DNA of 64,000 bases, from positions 37,138,001-37,202,000 of the forward strand of contig OX597831.1 of assembly GCA_951406725.2 (NCBI GenBank), in the 5' to 3' direction. Under the pieces are notes generated by a model that worked only from the letters and a program-made list of their open reading frames with translations, was not told the DNA's origin and searched no databases. This document shows positions 1 through 13,569 of this stretch, piece by piece. The translations under genes were made by a program, and so were the position numbers. This DNA comes from Octopus vulgaris. Taxonomy: Eukaryota. Position 1 is the first letter of the stretch. Each line of letters starts with the position of its first letter.

Positions 1-324
1 AAGAGGGAAAAATAGCGAGAGGAAATACAAGGATGATGGAGAAATAACGGAAATTCCACTCCGCTACATCATTACAAATGGAATCATTATTTCGCTGCTT
101 CAGGGTCTGAAGAAAAAGTAATTAACAACAAATTAAAGTTTACTGCCACCGTCTTACCTGTCTGAGGCATCGACCGCAATAACAAAAACAAGTCTAATGT
201 GATCTGTAGTAATAATTTCATCATTATCTTCAGCAACAACAATAAGCAAAGTAAGAATGGCAATGACACCCGTAACAACACTATCTTCGTTACTGCCAGA
301 AGCCGTGCTTGAATTTTGCGCATG

Positions 325-502
325 CGTGACTGTGTGGGAAGGAGTTTGCTTCCTGACCACATGGTCCTGGGTTCAGTCCCACTGCGTTGCACAAGGGAAA
401 GCGTCTCCTACTATAACTTTAGGCCAACGAAACCTTTACAGATGAATTTACATGTATACACGTATATATAATATATGTATGTCTATATACATACATATAT
501 AC

Positions 503-552
<50 letters not shown>

Positions 553-680
553 CTACATGTGTCTGTTTTTGTCCCTCCAGCATCGCTTGACAACAACCGA
601 CGTTGGTATGCTTATGTCCCCGTAAATTAGAAGTTCGGCAAAAGAGACCGATAGACTAAGTACCGGGCTTACAAAGAATA
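325..680 (+). mobile_element. tRNA-derived SINE, family A (internal (TA)n)
   Basis: Head gtgactgtgtgg...gggttcagtccc (A/B-box-like), then (TA)n, then tgtctgtttttgtccc...ggcttacaaagaata; same layout at 3092, 21372, 26390, 46235, 51880. Confidence 0.8.
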
Positions 681-754
681 TTAAACGATACAGGATAAAT
701 GACATCAAAAGATATCTGAGATCATTGACCCCGCAGTTAATATTATCAGAAGCG

Positions 755-1360
755 AAGGCGGCGAGCTGACGAAACGTTAGCACGCTGGGCGAAACGCTTT
801 GTGGCATTTCGCCCGCTGCTGCTTTCTGAGTTCAAATTCTGCCGAGGTCGACTTTGTTTGTCATCCTTTCGGGGTCGATAAATTAAGTACCAGTTACGCA
901 CTGGGGTCGATGTAATCGACTTAATCCGTTTGTCTGTCCTTGTTTGTCCCCTCTATGTTTGGCCTCTTGTGGGCAATAAAGAAATATGAAACGTTAGTAC
1001 GCCGGGGGAAATGCTTAGAGGTATTTCGTCTGTCTTTACTTTCTGAGTTCAAATTCCGCCAATGTCGACTTTACCTTTAATCATTTCGGGATCGATTAAA
1101 TAAGTATCAGCTACGCATGTAATCGACTTAATCCCTTTGTTTGTCCCCTATATTCTCGCCCCCCTGTGGGCAATAAAGAAATAAATATTATCAGTAACAA
1201 TTGTGAGAAGCTAGCAGAATCGTTAGCACGCCGGGCAAAATTCTTAGCGGTAGTCTGTCTGCCTTTACGTTCTGACTTCAAATTCCACCGAGATCGACTT
1301 TGTCTCTCATCCTTTCTGGGTCGATAAATCGACTAATCGACTGGCTTCCTCCCCCACAAA
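755..1360 (+). mobile_element. SINE family B, three tandem units
   Basis: Repeated ctgagttcaaattc (B box) followed by gaggtcgactttg..tcatcctttcggggtcgataaattaagtacc, which resembles the Deu/Nin-type SINE central domain (family assignment is inference). Confidence 0.8.
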
Positions 1361-2230
1361 AATATTACGCAACAGTTATCAAGTGTTGCTAGCCAGATGT
1401 TCTTTAGAACTTGCCTTTTACAAGACGCTGGTTTTTTTTATCAAGACGAAATATTTAAAGCTGTTCGTAAATATTCGGTGAGCCATTTTGTAACATAGAC
1501 ACGATTAAGATGATTCTACATATACTCTGTGGAGTTCTTGTGTACTTCAGATCAATAAGCACCACAAAGACACATACACATACACACATGCAATCCCATC
1601 CAAATAGTAGCTTTTTAAAAGCATTTATCAAGACAAATGATACATCGCAACACAATCCAATACATACATACACAAAAATGTGTGTGTGCGTGTGTGTCTA
1701 TTATGTTCATACATACATATATATATATATATATGTATGTATGGACACACACCATACACACACACGCAAATATATGCTTATGTATGTATATGTGTATATA
1801 TGTGTATGCACGCACACACATATACACATTCTCTCACAATTTCCAAAATCTAAGCAATAAGAAATAAAATATATATGTTATGAAGTTAAATAATGCCCCA
1901 TAAAAAATTGTAAATATAATATTTACTAACTTTACTAACTTTATAAGTAAAAGAAACTTTCACTTACATACATGGACATATGCGCCTGCATGTGCGTATG
2001 CACGTACAACCAGAGTTTCTGTAAATATACATACACAAACACACACTGATACATACATACACACATACATATATATATATGTATACATACATATATATAT
2101 GTATATTATTGTGTGTGTATGAGAGTGCATGTAAGAAATATGTGTATTACATTTAGGGAAGCGTATGCGCACATATTCACATATTCCGCATATTGTGCAT
2201 ACGTATGTGCCAGATGTATATTTGTGTCTG

Positions 2231-2266
<36 letters not shown>

Positions 2267-2353
2267 CGCATATACATATATGCATGTATTATATGTATAT
2301 ATATGTCTGAGAGTGCGGGAGAGAAAGAGTGTGTGTATGTATGTAACACACAC

Positions 2354-2434
<81 letters not shown>

Positions 2435-2440
2435 CCTGTG

Positions 2441-2486
<46 letters not shown>

Positions 2487-3091
2487 CATACACTTTCTGT
2501 ATGTGTATGCATACATCTCTAAGTGTATTTTCTACATTAAAGATTTTAGTGTAGTAAATATTAAATTTGCTTTACTTTACAAGACATTATTCAACTTCTA
2601 AACACTATGTATTATATTTCCCTCTGTTGTATTTCGTAATATTTTATTAGACACACGCAGTACTTTTTGTTTCAGCAGAAGATTCAATTTCATTACGAAA
2701 TATTGCATTAAATAGAATTTTTCCTGTTTTATTTGTTCCTCTATTCTTAACATTTTTCTCATTTCATAACCTATAAATTAGACGTTAGTTATTAAAGAGG
2801 AATCAGCTATCTCTGGTAAGTAATACAGGAAGATATTTCACATGAAATATAAGAAATATAAAGTAGAGCAGACATGCAAATAAATGGGAAAATATGTTTC
2901 TAACAACAATGGAGAATATATTATGAATGCCTGAAAATATGATTGTTATTAAGTAAGTACATATGTATGTATGTATGTATGTATACATGTATGTATGGTT
3001 ACATGTATGTACGTAAGCATACATGTACGTACGTCTACGTATGTATATATGTATATATGTACGCACGCACGTACGTATGTATGTAAGTATT

Positions 3092-3357
3092 CTTTTATCC
3101 TTTTATTTGTTTCAGTCATTTGATTGCGGCCATGCTGGAGCACCGACTTTTGTCGAGCAAATCGACCCCAGGACTTATTCTTTGGAAGCCTAGTACTTAT
3201 TCTATCGGTGTCTTTTGCCAAACCGCTAGGTTAAGGTTACGTGGACGAAAACAGAAGAAATATTGCTTGTCAAACGAGTGGGGTGGACAAACATAGACCC
3301 CAAACACACATACGTACATACACACACATACACACACACATATTTATATTTATATAC

Positions 3358-3409
<52 letters not shown>

Positions 3410-3565
3410 GATGGGTTTCTTTTAGTTTTCGTTTACCAAATCCATTCACAATGCTTTGGTCGACCCGAGTCCATCGTCGGTGACAATCAGCCAAGGTGTC
3501 ATAAAGGGGAACTGAACCCGGAACAATGTGGTTCGTGAGCAAGTTACTTATCACACAGGGACGCC
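3092..3565 (-). mobile_element. SINE family A
   Basis: Reverse complement of the family A head, internal (TA)n and tail (tttcagtcatttgattgcggccatgctggagcac). Confidence 0.8.
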
Positions 3566-3876
3566 TATGTATGTATGTATGTATGTACATATGTATGTAA
3601 GTATGTACCTTAATTTCTTATATTCTACTTGTTTCTACTTATATTCTACTACACAGCGGCCATGGGGGTGGTGGTGGTGCAATGCTTTGAAGAATTTTAA
3701 TCGAACGAATTGAACCCAATACATAGTTTCTTGTTTTTTAATGACCAATTCTTATTCTATCGCACTCTTTCAGGTATTTATTACAATACGAACATTAAAC
3801 CTACCAACACCGGTTGCTAAGCGGTGGCGAGGGGATAAATGCAGACGCAGAGACACACAAATAGATATCTACATAC

Positions 3877-3955
<79 letters not shown>

Positions 3956-4101
3956 TATATATATATAGTAATGAGAAATAACCTCCATCATGTAATTCAA
4001 TTGATAATGAAAGATATCTATATTAAATCGTATAGAAAAAATTTAAATGTATCATAATGCATATTATTCTAAAAATGACTAAATTAAATAAACGTTAAAT
4101 T

Positions 4102-4227
4102 GACTATGTGCGTTTCGTGTCTATATCTTTAAATAGATAATAATAAAATCAATAAAATTAAAATTGAAATTAAAATTAATTCGATTTAAGATTAATTCAA
4201 TTTAAAAATATAGCCACACTTCAGGTC
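4102..4227 (-). ncRNA. Degenerate hammerhead ribozyme motif in an AT-rich PLE-like end
   Basis: Minus strand: gac CTGAAG(T) gtggctatat ...long AT loop... atatagacac GAAA cgcac ATA gtc; A9 mutated; stem I gac/gtc. Confidence 0.55.
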
Positions 4228-5136
4228 TAAAATAATAAAATTAATGTATGTATCTTAACGTATAATAATTAACAAATAAATATAGAAATGTACGTATTGT
4301 AATAATAAATAATCGAATAAAATGTAACAATATTAATGAAAAATAATATCATCACTTATCTTATTGAAGAATACCAGTTAACTAAAATTTTAAACGCTAA
4401 ACTCAGAACCTAGCGTTGCTAAGAAATTCATCGCGTGAAAACATGACGTAAATAACTATAGAATATGTAATAGAGATATGTGTATTATATATTTTAGCGG
4501 TGAAAATCAAAAGTAAACTACATGTAATACACCATTTACTGGGAAAAATTATAATTCTCAATAATTTAAAATTAAAACATTATACGTAAAATACATAAAA
4601 TAAACTAAATTTCGATAAATTAATATATATTCATAAATTTATTTATTTATTTCATAAACACCTTAGTGTAATCTTATTCCAGTTATGTTCATGCACTACA
4701 TAATCTACGGCTAATTTATACTCACTATACTACTACAAATTATAACTACATAAATTAGTAACATAAATCAGGGTTTATATATATATATACATAAATTAGC
4801 TAAACTTATTTTATAAGTAACAACCTATGTCTACATTTAATTTTTCTCTCGTCTTGGAATTAAACAATTTGTTATTATTAGATTGTAATATCCCCATAAA
4901 TTTATTTGTACAAAGTAAACAACAATTATTACCTATTTGATAAGATTTAGCTTTACAAAATCTCCCAATTTAAATTGTATTTAATTCCTTTAGATTTCAA
5001 TTCCTATATATATTTGCTTAGGCCAGTAGTATTAATCAATGTTTTATTCTTAAATGAATGCATGTGTCGTGAAATTTGATTTAGTATTGGTAAATAGAAT
5101 TTTTCCCTGTAAGTTTGGAATTTTATATCCCCTACT

Positions 5137-5216
<80 letters not shown>

Positions 5217-5220
<4 letters not shown>

Positions 5221-5619
5221 CATTGAAATTGAGAAAATGTGGCATAAAGACCTACTCATTGAAATTGAGAAAATGTGGCATCTCAAGGCGGTTACAATAC
5301 CAGTGATTGTAGGAGCACTAGGAATGATCAAGAAGGGAACCGAAAATTATATGAGAATGATCCCTGGCTTACCATCCCTGCAAGAAGTGCAAAAGATTGT
5401 CTTAACTGGTACATCACACGTATTGAGAAGAGCATTGTCGATGTGAGAACTGTTGCTGCTCATGTATTTTAATTTAACCTTAAAAAAAAATTTTTTTAAA
5501 TGAACGAACTACTGAGTTTGGTTTAATGGCCTACCAATGTATACTATGAGTTTCTTTGCCCTAGGAGTCGGGAAGACACTCGGCAAGAAATGGAAGCAAA
5601 TTTGAAAGAAGAAAAACAA

Positions 5620-5620
<1 letters not shown>
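5217..5620 (+). mobile_element. 3' end of R4/Dong-like non-LTR retrotransposon (restriction-like endonuclease C-terminus plus 3' UTR)
   Basis: KDLLIEIEKMWHLKAVTIPVIVGALGMIKKG...EVQKIVLTGTSHVLRRALSM*, a typical RLE-clade C-terminus; flanked both sides by (TAA)n. Confidence 0.8.
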
Positions 5621-5659
<39 letters not shown>

Positions 5660-5681
5660 CAATAATAATTATATATATATA

Positions 5682-5915
5682 TATTACGGAGATGTACTTG
5701 CATAGCAAGTGACCTGATCTGAGATCGTGTGCTGGAGCGAAAACAATTGCAGCGTGGAAGGTGTTTATAAGCCATTTAAGAAACACACAAAAACTGTTAG
5801 GTTCACTTCAACTTTTAAATTTAATTTGCCAAAATATTTTCGTCGCTTTGAGACTGCAACTTGTTCACTGACAAAATTCCGTGCTGCATCTGAGAAAGTA
5901 ACAGTTAGTTCATGA
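5682..5915 (-). mobile_element. PLE-type terminal fragment with HHR, between (TA)n runs
   Basis: Complete HHR fold at 5825-5875; small hairpin acttgc-ata-gcaagt at 5696-5710; (TA)n on both sides. Confidence 0.6.
5825..5875 (-). ncRNA. Minimal type I hammerhead ribozyme, G3:C8 variant
   Basis: UUUGUCA-GUGAACA-A-GUUGC agucucaaa GCGAC-GAAA-AUA-UUU/UGGCAAA; 7-bp stem I, 5-bp stem II, palindromic AAUAUU stem III. Confidence 0.65.
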
Positions 5916-6271
5916 TATATATATATATATACGTATGTGTGTATGTATGTATGCATGTATGCATGTATGTATGTAAATATGTATATGTGTATGTATGTAT
6001 GTGTGTGTACATGTATGTGCGTCTGCATATGTATACATGCGTATGCATGTGTGCGTGCCTATACGGATATATGTATGTATGCATGTACATATGTACTTAT
6101 GTATGTACGTGAGTGAGTATTTAGGTAAGTGTGTAGACATGTTTGTGTGTGTGTAATTGTGTATGTACATGTGATGTATGTTTATGTACTGATATGAGTC
6201 TGCTCAAGTTGTATACATGACTGTTACTTTGTTGAAGGTTGTAGTATACACACACATAAACATAAATATAC

Positions 6272-6303
<32 letters not shown>

Positions 6304-6538
6304 GTATATATATAGACACACACACACACACATATATATATATATGTGTGTGTGTGTGTGCGTTTGTTTCTCTCACCACTCTCTAACGGTGAATGGATAC
6401 AAAGTCTTAGATACACATATGCACATATCTTCTTACTTATACATATATGCAAGTACACACAATCATATAGACACTTATACACAGTCACAAATATAGTATA
6501 ATCTTAAAGTATACACATATATACGCTTATCCATGTCT

Positions 6539-6602
<64 letters not shown>

Positions 6603-6916
6603 CACTATTTTCAAGGACAAATGTTAAAATTCAAATTTGCTGTATTTTATTTTTTTGTTTTTTTTTACACGCATACATATAATATACATACATATATCTA
6701 CACATACTCATACGTACATGCATGCACATGCTCATACAGTTATATATAACTACATATATGTATTTTAGTATCATGCATTTCAACATGTATGTATGGATTT
6801 CCATATGTAAATGAGAGAGAGAGGGGGGTCTATAGATGGGTACTCCCGAGTGGAATCTAGATGATACCCCATTCGGATTTACGGTTGAGTGTGTGTTTGT
6901 ATTCTTGTATACAGAC

Positions 6917-7057
6917 AGCTTCAGTTTGAACTTGGTTCAAACGCTCTAATTGCCTTCAGTAGACTTGAGGATTGATTGTTGCATTAGGTGGTAACAATTC
7001 AGAGTGAATTACTCCTTTGCAATCCCACCAGATAGAGAGAAGAACCTGTTTCCCATG
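6917..7057 (-). pseudogene. Mariner transposase catalytic-domain fragment
   Basis: HGKQVLLSIWWDCKGVIHSELLPPNATINPQVY*RQLERLNQ matches the mariner WWD..G.I..ELL motif. Confidence 0.8.
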
Positions 7058-7555
7058 GGTCGATAAACTAAGTTCCAGTTGCATGCTGGGGTCTATATAA
7101 TCGATTTTAATCCCTTTGACTGTCCTTGCTTGTCCCCTCTATGTTTAGACCCTTGTGGGCCATAAAGAAATAAGAATCATTAGCACACCGTGGGAAATGC
7201 TTAGCGGTATTTCGTCTGACGCTATGTTCTGAGTTCAAATTCCGCCGAGGTCGACTTTGCCTTTCATCCTTTCGGGATCGATTAAATAAGCACCAGTTAC
7301 GCACTGGGGTCAATATAATAGACTTAATCCGTTTGTCTCTCCTTGTTCGCCCTCTCTGTGTTTAGCCGCTTGTGGGTAGTGAAGAAATAGGTATTTCGTC
7401 TATCTTTACGTTGTGAGTTCAAATTCCGCCGCAGTCAACTTTGCCTTTCTTTCTTTCTGGCTCGATAAATTAGGTACCAGTTGCACACTGGGATCGATCT
7501 AATGCACTGGCCCCCTCCCTCAAAATTTCGGGCCTTGTGCCTAGAGTAGAAAATA
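7058..7555 (+). mobile_element. SINE family B multimer
   Basis: One partial and two further head-to-tail units with B box and gtcgac...gtcgat domain. Confidence 0.8.
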
Positions 7556-7663
7556 ATATAATGCTGGAATGCTTATGAACTGAAATCAGTCTTTGTGAGT
7601 AGATAATCCGTAGGCAAGTGCAACAAGATAGTCGGATGTAATACATTCATACACACACACACA

Positions 7664-7696
<33 letters not shown>

Positions 7697-8870
7697 GTAA
7701 CACACGTAAATAAACGATGAAATGAAACAGATAAAAAATGAAAATAGATACAACAACATATTAAAGACTTTGAAATTTGATTTATATTTCCCATTGAAAA
7801 ATCTACTTAAATGTAGATTTCAAAACGAAAACTACAAAAATATTAGACAATTATTTGAAAAATACAGTTAGAAATTCATATATTTCCAGATAAAGAATAA
7901 CAAAAATTCTTTAAAAAATAAGCCAAATTTAATTAAACCCTGTTAAGTGGTATTTTATTTTATTTTTTTATTTTGTATCTTGTTTTGTTTATGAATAGTT
8001 AAAGAATATAAATTTGTCAGAAATGTTTTAATGTATTCCATTCAGTATAATATATTCGTTTATCGAAGAATAAATAAGAGAAAAAGAAAACATTTTGAAA
8101 TGTAGAAATTAGCATTGAAATATTGAGCTAAGAATTGTCTTCTGTTGCAGTGACTTTGTCATATTCAAACATCATTTTAAATAATGAAATAATTCAAAAA
8201 GAGGATTAAATTTTATGTTGTTTAAAATTATTTGTGTTCATTTTTGATGATGTAGACTATCACGAGTTTAGTTAGCTTGTATTCTCTTAATTCCATCATA
8301 AAAGCAAATTTGTGACGAATATGCTTACGTAGGAGTTTTATGGTTATATATTCATGTCAGTTTATGTAAAGTTATCAGAGAAAGACAGACAAGGGGAGAG
8401 ACAGAGAGAAAGAGAGAGAGAATGTGAGAGAGAAAGAGAGAGAGAATGTGAAAGAGAAAGAGAGAAGGATTGGAAGAGATAGTGATTGAGGAAAGTGTGT
8501 GTTTGTGTGATGTTGATGGGTGTCACTCAAATGGATTTAGGCGGAAAAAGTAAGACGCATTCCCACAGAGAAAAGATGGTTTCTAATAATGACTTGTACG
8601 GGGTAGAGCAAAGGCTAAGAATTTTAAGAAGAGGATTAGTTAATACTATCAACTCTCGTACTTGACCAGTAATTTTTCTTTTATATCGATCCTAAAAAGA
8701 TAAAAGGTGTAGTTATGTGGGCAGTATTTAAAACCAGAACGTAAAGAGCTGAAACACCACTTAGCACTTTGTTCAATGCTCGAATGATGCTACAAGCTTG
8801 TCAATAACAGATGACGCTGCAACGAAGAACATATAGTGCTAGGTAGATAGATAGATTGATAGACATACAG

Positions 8871-8965
<95 letters not shown>

Positions 8966-8966
8966 G

Positions 8967-9275
8967 TGGAGGTGCAATGGACCAGTGGTTAGGGCAGCGG
9001 ACTCGCGGTCGTAGGATTGCGGTTTCGATTCCCAGACCGGGCGTTGTAAGTGTTTATTGAGCAAAAACACCTAAAGCTCCACGAGGCTCTGGCAGGGGTG
9101 GGAGGGGCGATTCCTGCTGTACTCTTTCGCCACTACTTTCTCTCATTCTTTCTTCTGCTGGCCTGCTCGCTTAGCCAGTGGGGTGGCGTCATTTGAAGGC
9201 TAAAACAATGCGAAGCGCATTGTGACCAGCGATGTGTAGTAACATATGATAGCCTGTTCGGTCACGATGATGATA
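8967..9275 (+). mobile_element. tRNA-derived SINE, family C
   Basis: A box tggaccagtgg, B-box-like gtttcgattccc; 3' part (ggcctgctcgcttagccag...ggtcacg) recurs at 38278-38397. Confidence 0.8.
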
Positions 9276-9539
9276 TATATATATATATACACACACATAA
9301 ACATACACACATCTATATATTAAAGTTAAATATTATTAAAGATGAGTTTTATCAGTGGCCATCATGCGTAAAAAATTATCCGTAGACTATATAAATGAAA
9401 ATTTGGAGTATAGACTTAACTGGTTTTTTGATTTTCTGTCAAATTGTCTTACCTGCCGACAGTTAACGTGCTAAGAATGTATTTTTTGTGGCTTAAGGAT
9501 TTGACATGTTAGGAGACCACTTAGTGACTCTCCTCTTAG

Positions 9540-11060
9540 TGTGTAATTTATATACACGTGCGTATATGTATACAAGACCCACATTAAACTCCTCACTCGT
9601 ATCACTATCGAACCAAGAGTTTAACTACGGTCTGTCCATAGCACTTACTTAGCGTTACCTGCCACTCTTTGGATCTTATAGTCGTGTCTTTGCTGGTTTT
9701 ACGAAGTACACTATATAACGAAGTGGGTGTTATAACGATCCAACGTTTTAAGGATTATAGCAGTGGTGAGGAGGATACACCGATTCACGTGGAGTTAAAA
9801 GAAACTCAAATAGGAGATAATGCACTCACGAAGTTTTATTGCGTAAATTTTACGAAAAAAAAAACATGGTAAAATTATGAAAAATGTGTTGGCCGGTTTG
9901 CTGGAGTTGCAAAAAGAGGAACAACACCAATTAAAAAAGCAGTAATAGCAGTAGCTACAACTGCAGAACAACAGCTGAAGCATCAACAACAACAACAACA
10001 AATAATAATATTACAGCAACAAATTCTGCAATTACTGAAGTCATCAGGGAAGTAAGAAAAATGTTCCCGAGGACTATGTCTAGAACACCATAAGAGTTCA
10101 AATAGGAACCATGTGAAGGAATTACCTTGCAGGCATACTACAGAAGGTATGAGCAAATCTTCGAGAAAGAATGTAAAGATTGGGACGACGACATGAAAAC
10201 GTGCTTAAGATTATATAGGGCATATAAAAACGCACTGTAGAACTGGCGACAAAGCATAAGCGATGCAGAAATTATGAACTCCCAAGAAAACCATCGGACA
10301 TAAAATTTAATGACGTAATATGTAAAATTTTCAGGGTAAAATTCTCATTATTAAACACGCGTGGTTAAAGAAATACAATGGGGAGGACGACATCACATAT
10401 GCTGGTAGAGTTAACAGGGAATGTGAGAAGCTTAAGGTGGACGAATTAACGTCAGATATGTTCAATTTCCTGATTTTTACACAGGAACTAACAAGAATAC
10501 ATGCAAAGCTGGAACAAAACCAAGTAAAACAAATGCGAAATAGTCAGAAAAGAGAGAAAATATTTTCTAAAAACACAACAAAAATCAAGAAATAAACCCA
10601 TGGTTTGAATGTGGAGCTATAGACCCGAGGAAATGTTATCCATTTAAAAATGCGGAGTGCTTTCGTTGTGAAAATATAGGCTATATTAAAACGCACTGTA
10701 GAACGAAGATGACAAAATGTCAGAACAAAAGAAAAAAAAACAAACAAATAGTATGCCATCGAAAGAAGCTGGTAGTATAATGATGAGGAAATTCATGTAG
10801 GTCAAAGTCAGAAATAGAAGTGTTAAAATGCAGTTGGACACTGGTAGTGATATCACCATTATAAACGAAAAATCTTGGATATTTGTCCGTAAGCTGAAAT
10901 GAATTAAATCGAAAAAGGTAGCACACGGTGTTACGGGAAAAAAGATTATATTTTGTCGGGGAATTCGCATGTAATGTAACATTTCGTGGTTAAACAAAAA
11001 AGGGACGGATATATGTATTAAGAAATTCTCTTAATCTATTTGGCACAGAGTGGAGAGAAA
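9540..11060 (+). mobile_element. Decayed Ty3/Gypsy LTR retrotransposon: LTR remnant, gag, protease
   Basis: gag-like YYRRYEQIFEKECKDW and YAGRVNRECEKLKVDELTSDMF; zinc knuckle CFRCENIGYIKTHC; protease MQLDTGSDITII; many stops and frameshifts. Confidence 0.8.
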
Positions 11061-11064
11061 TTAT

Positions 11065-11420
11065 CTAACTCGTTCCTAGCTTTTCTTAGAGCTCTTTCGA
11101 ACATGTCGACAAATCTTTCCACCTGCCCATTTGACCTCGGGTGGCAGGGCGGTGTAAAGATGTGCTTTGTGGCATGTATTTTGCAGAAATGTCTTAATTC
11201 ATATCTCGTGAATTGTGTTCCATTATCTGAAACTAACGTGTCCGAAACACCACATGGAGTGAATAACTCGAGTGAGAACTTTATTGTTGTCTTTGCTGTG
11301 GGTTTATATCATCTGCACACCTCTAGCAACTTTGTATAGCTATCCACAACGATTTGATAGTATGCGCCTTTCACTGGCTCAGCGTAGTTGCTACGTATCC
11401 TGGACCAAAAACTCTGTCTT
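11065..11420 (-). pseudogene. Gypsy integrase core fragment (inverted)
   Basis: WSRI...IVVDSYTK...LVSDNGTQFT...TPPCHPRSNGQVERFV on the minus strand. Confidence 0.85.
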
Positions 11421-12189
11421 TTTGCATAGACGTAGTTTGTTCAAGAGTGCTTGCGTAAATATTTAAAAAAAGTTTTAAAACTTTACTCGGATCAGTCTAC
11501 CTCACACAAGAGGGCGTCGTAACTCTTATCACAACATATTGTTTGTTTCTCCAGAGGTTTTTATCGCATGTCATAGTTCTAATTTAGTAGCTGTATTAGA
11601 TATTAGTTACAAATCAAACACATTTTAGAAACGTATTGATTGAAAAAGATATAATTGTGTTGTTACATTATTGATAGTGGCATGTAGTCGAGTTATTAAC
11701 TTAAGAGAGAAATGGAATCATCTTCTTTTAATTAAAAATGATTAAGGATGTTTAACGAAAGCACAGATAAATGGTTTCTGAAGGGTAGGATTAACGTATT
11801 TCCTACGTGGAGCATTAAATTTCAAACTAGAAATAAATGCAATGCGAGGGAACATAAATGATTAAATTTATTTTCATTTTTTTCCAGCAAATTTGGGAGA
11901 TAATTTTGGACGTGATTACACCTAATACTCATCTCCTCAGCTCTTTTGCGAAACATTGATTTCATTACACCGGAATCAAGATGAATGAATATTTAAGCAA
12001 TTTTACAAACTTGTACATTTATTGTAGTAGGGAAACGGAACTTTACTGCGATTAAATAATTCAAAGATGCCGTCCGCATGAAAAGGTATATAAATTAGTT
12101 TTTGAAATATTTAATAAATGAAATGCTACGAATATAGTGCATATAAATCCTTTGACAAAGAAATAAAGTGTTGTCTTATTTACTCCTGT

Positions 12190-12680
12190 TCTCCTGTGAG
12201 CATTGGGTGGTGTGTGATCTCCACCCATCTCTTGCAGGCAATTTCACTAGCCAGGTCTCGGGCCAGGTTTTTATCTACAATCTTCAAGCAAGTTTTATCT
12301 TCCTGTCTCTCTTTTTACGTTTCCTTTCTGGATTTCATTCCATTCAATACAGGTTTTCATTGGTCTCTTCATAACCATACATAGCACATGGCTAATCATC
12401 TTTTTGCGCCTCAAAGGGTTGGTATCCCATAAATTCTCACCCAAGCCTTCATCACACCTCTTCATCCGGTATTTGCTCACATAAAAAAAGTGTGGTTCTA
12501 AGCCAGTGTCTGTGGAGAAGACCCGCAGTTCTATATTGGAACGATCTCCTATGAATATCAACAACATGTCTCTCAAATCATTTCCCACTATCTTATATGG
12601 GGTAAATCTCATTGCAAAATATCTCAGAAATGAGATAATCACTGCTTTCAAGAAGATAAAGTTTATTTTCATCGAGACCT
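12190..12680 (-). mobile_element. Possible old RTE-like LINE 3' remnant
   Basis: ISHVLCMVMKRPMKTCIEW...KRETGR loosely resembles the RTE C-terminal GHV.RM..RP.K...W..RGRP pattern. Confidence 0.35.
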
Positions 12681-13294
12681 TTCATTTGCTGTGAATTTGG
12701 GGGAATATAAGGGTCAAACCTTTGTATCTCATCTCTTGTGTTCTGTTGTACGCTTGGCATATAACCCGCACATTACGAACACAAATAACTCATCCTCAAG
12801 ATAATATTATTCAAGGCTTTTGATAGACATTTTTATCAGGGACTACGAAGTTTCTTTCTTTGTTAGATCCCCCTGTGAATGCTAATTTGTAATAACTGCA
12901 AGCATTTTCTGAGACCTCAGGAGAATGGCAGCAAAGATGGTTTGGAAATGGTAGAAGACAAGAATTAAGGTAGATATTTAAGTACGACAATGATGACGAT
13001 GACGACACACAGTTTTACCTTATAAAGGAGTAGCTGTATCTCTGTCAGAATTTTTTTGTTCTATGCCATACATGGAAAGGCGGTCGGTTAGTCCCATATC
13101 AATTAAAGCATTCTGCTATTATTTTGAAGTTTCCTAGATAAAATGTCTGTTTCCAGAAGCAGTCCTTTAAAAGGCAGCTAGGGTCAGTTATATTTTTTAA
13201 AAAAAGTGTTGTGAAGCATGTTTTATGCAATAAATACCATTCAAAGGAGCGCAGTTTAAAATTATCGGATTGGTTAACTGCAAAATTTAAGGCT

Positions 13295-13333
<39 letters not shown>

Positions 13334-13569
13334 GAGAGACAGAGAGACAGAGACAGAGACAGAGAAACTCTCCCCACACGCGCATATACAACGTACAAAT
13401 ATATACATATACATATTTTATTTTTATTTCTGTTATTTGCTTTAATCATTGGACTGTGACCATGCTGGAACACTGCTTAGCAAGTTTTAGTCGAACGAAT
13501 GGACCTCATCGGAGAACTTTGACTGAGCCTCTAGATTACAAAAACGTTTCCAGGTAGTGAAGGTATAAG

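Noticed and set aside
154-360. ORF with cadherin-like words (VVAEDND, AVDASD)
   Set aside because: No PxF, LDRE or DxNDN motifs at cadherin spacing; its start lies in a SINE and the rest looks like decayed triplet repeats.
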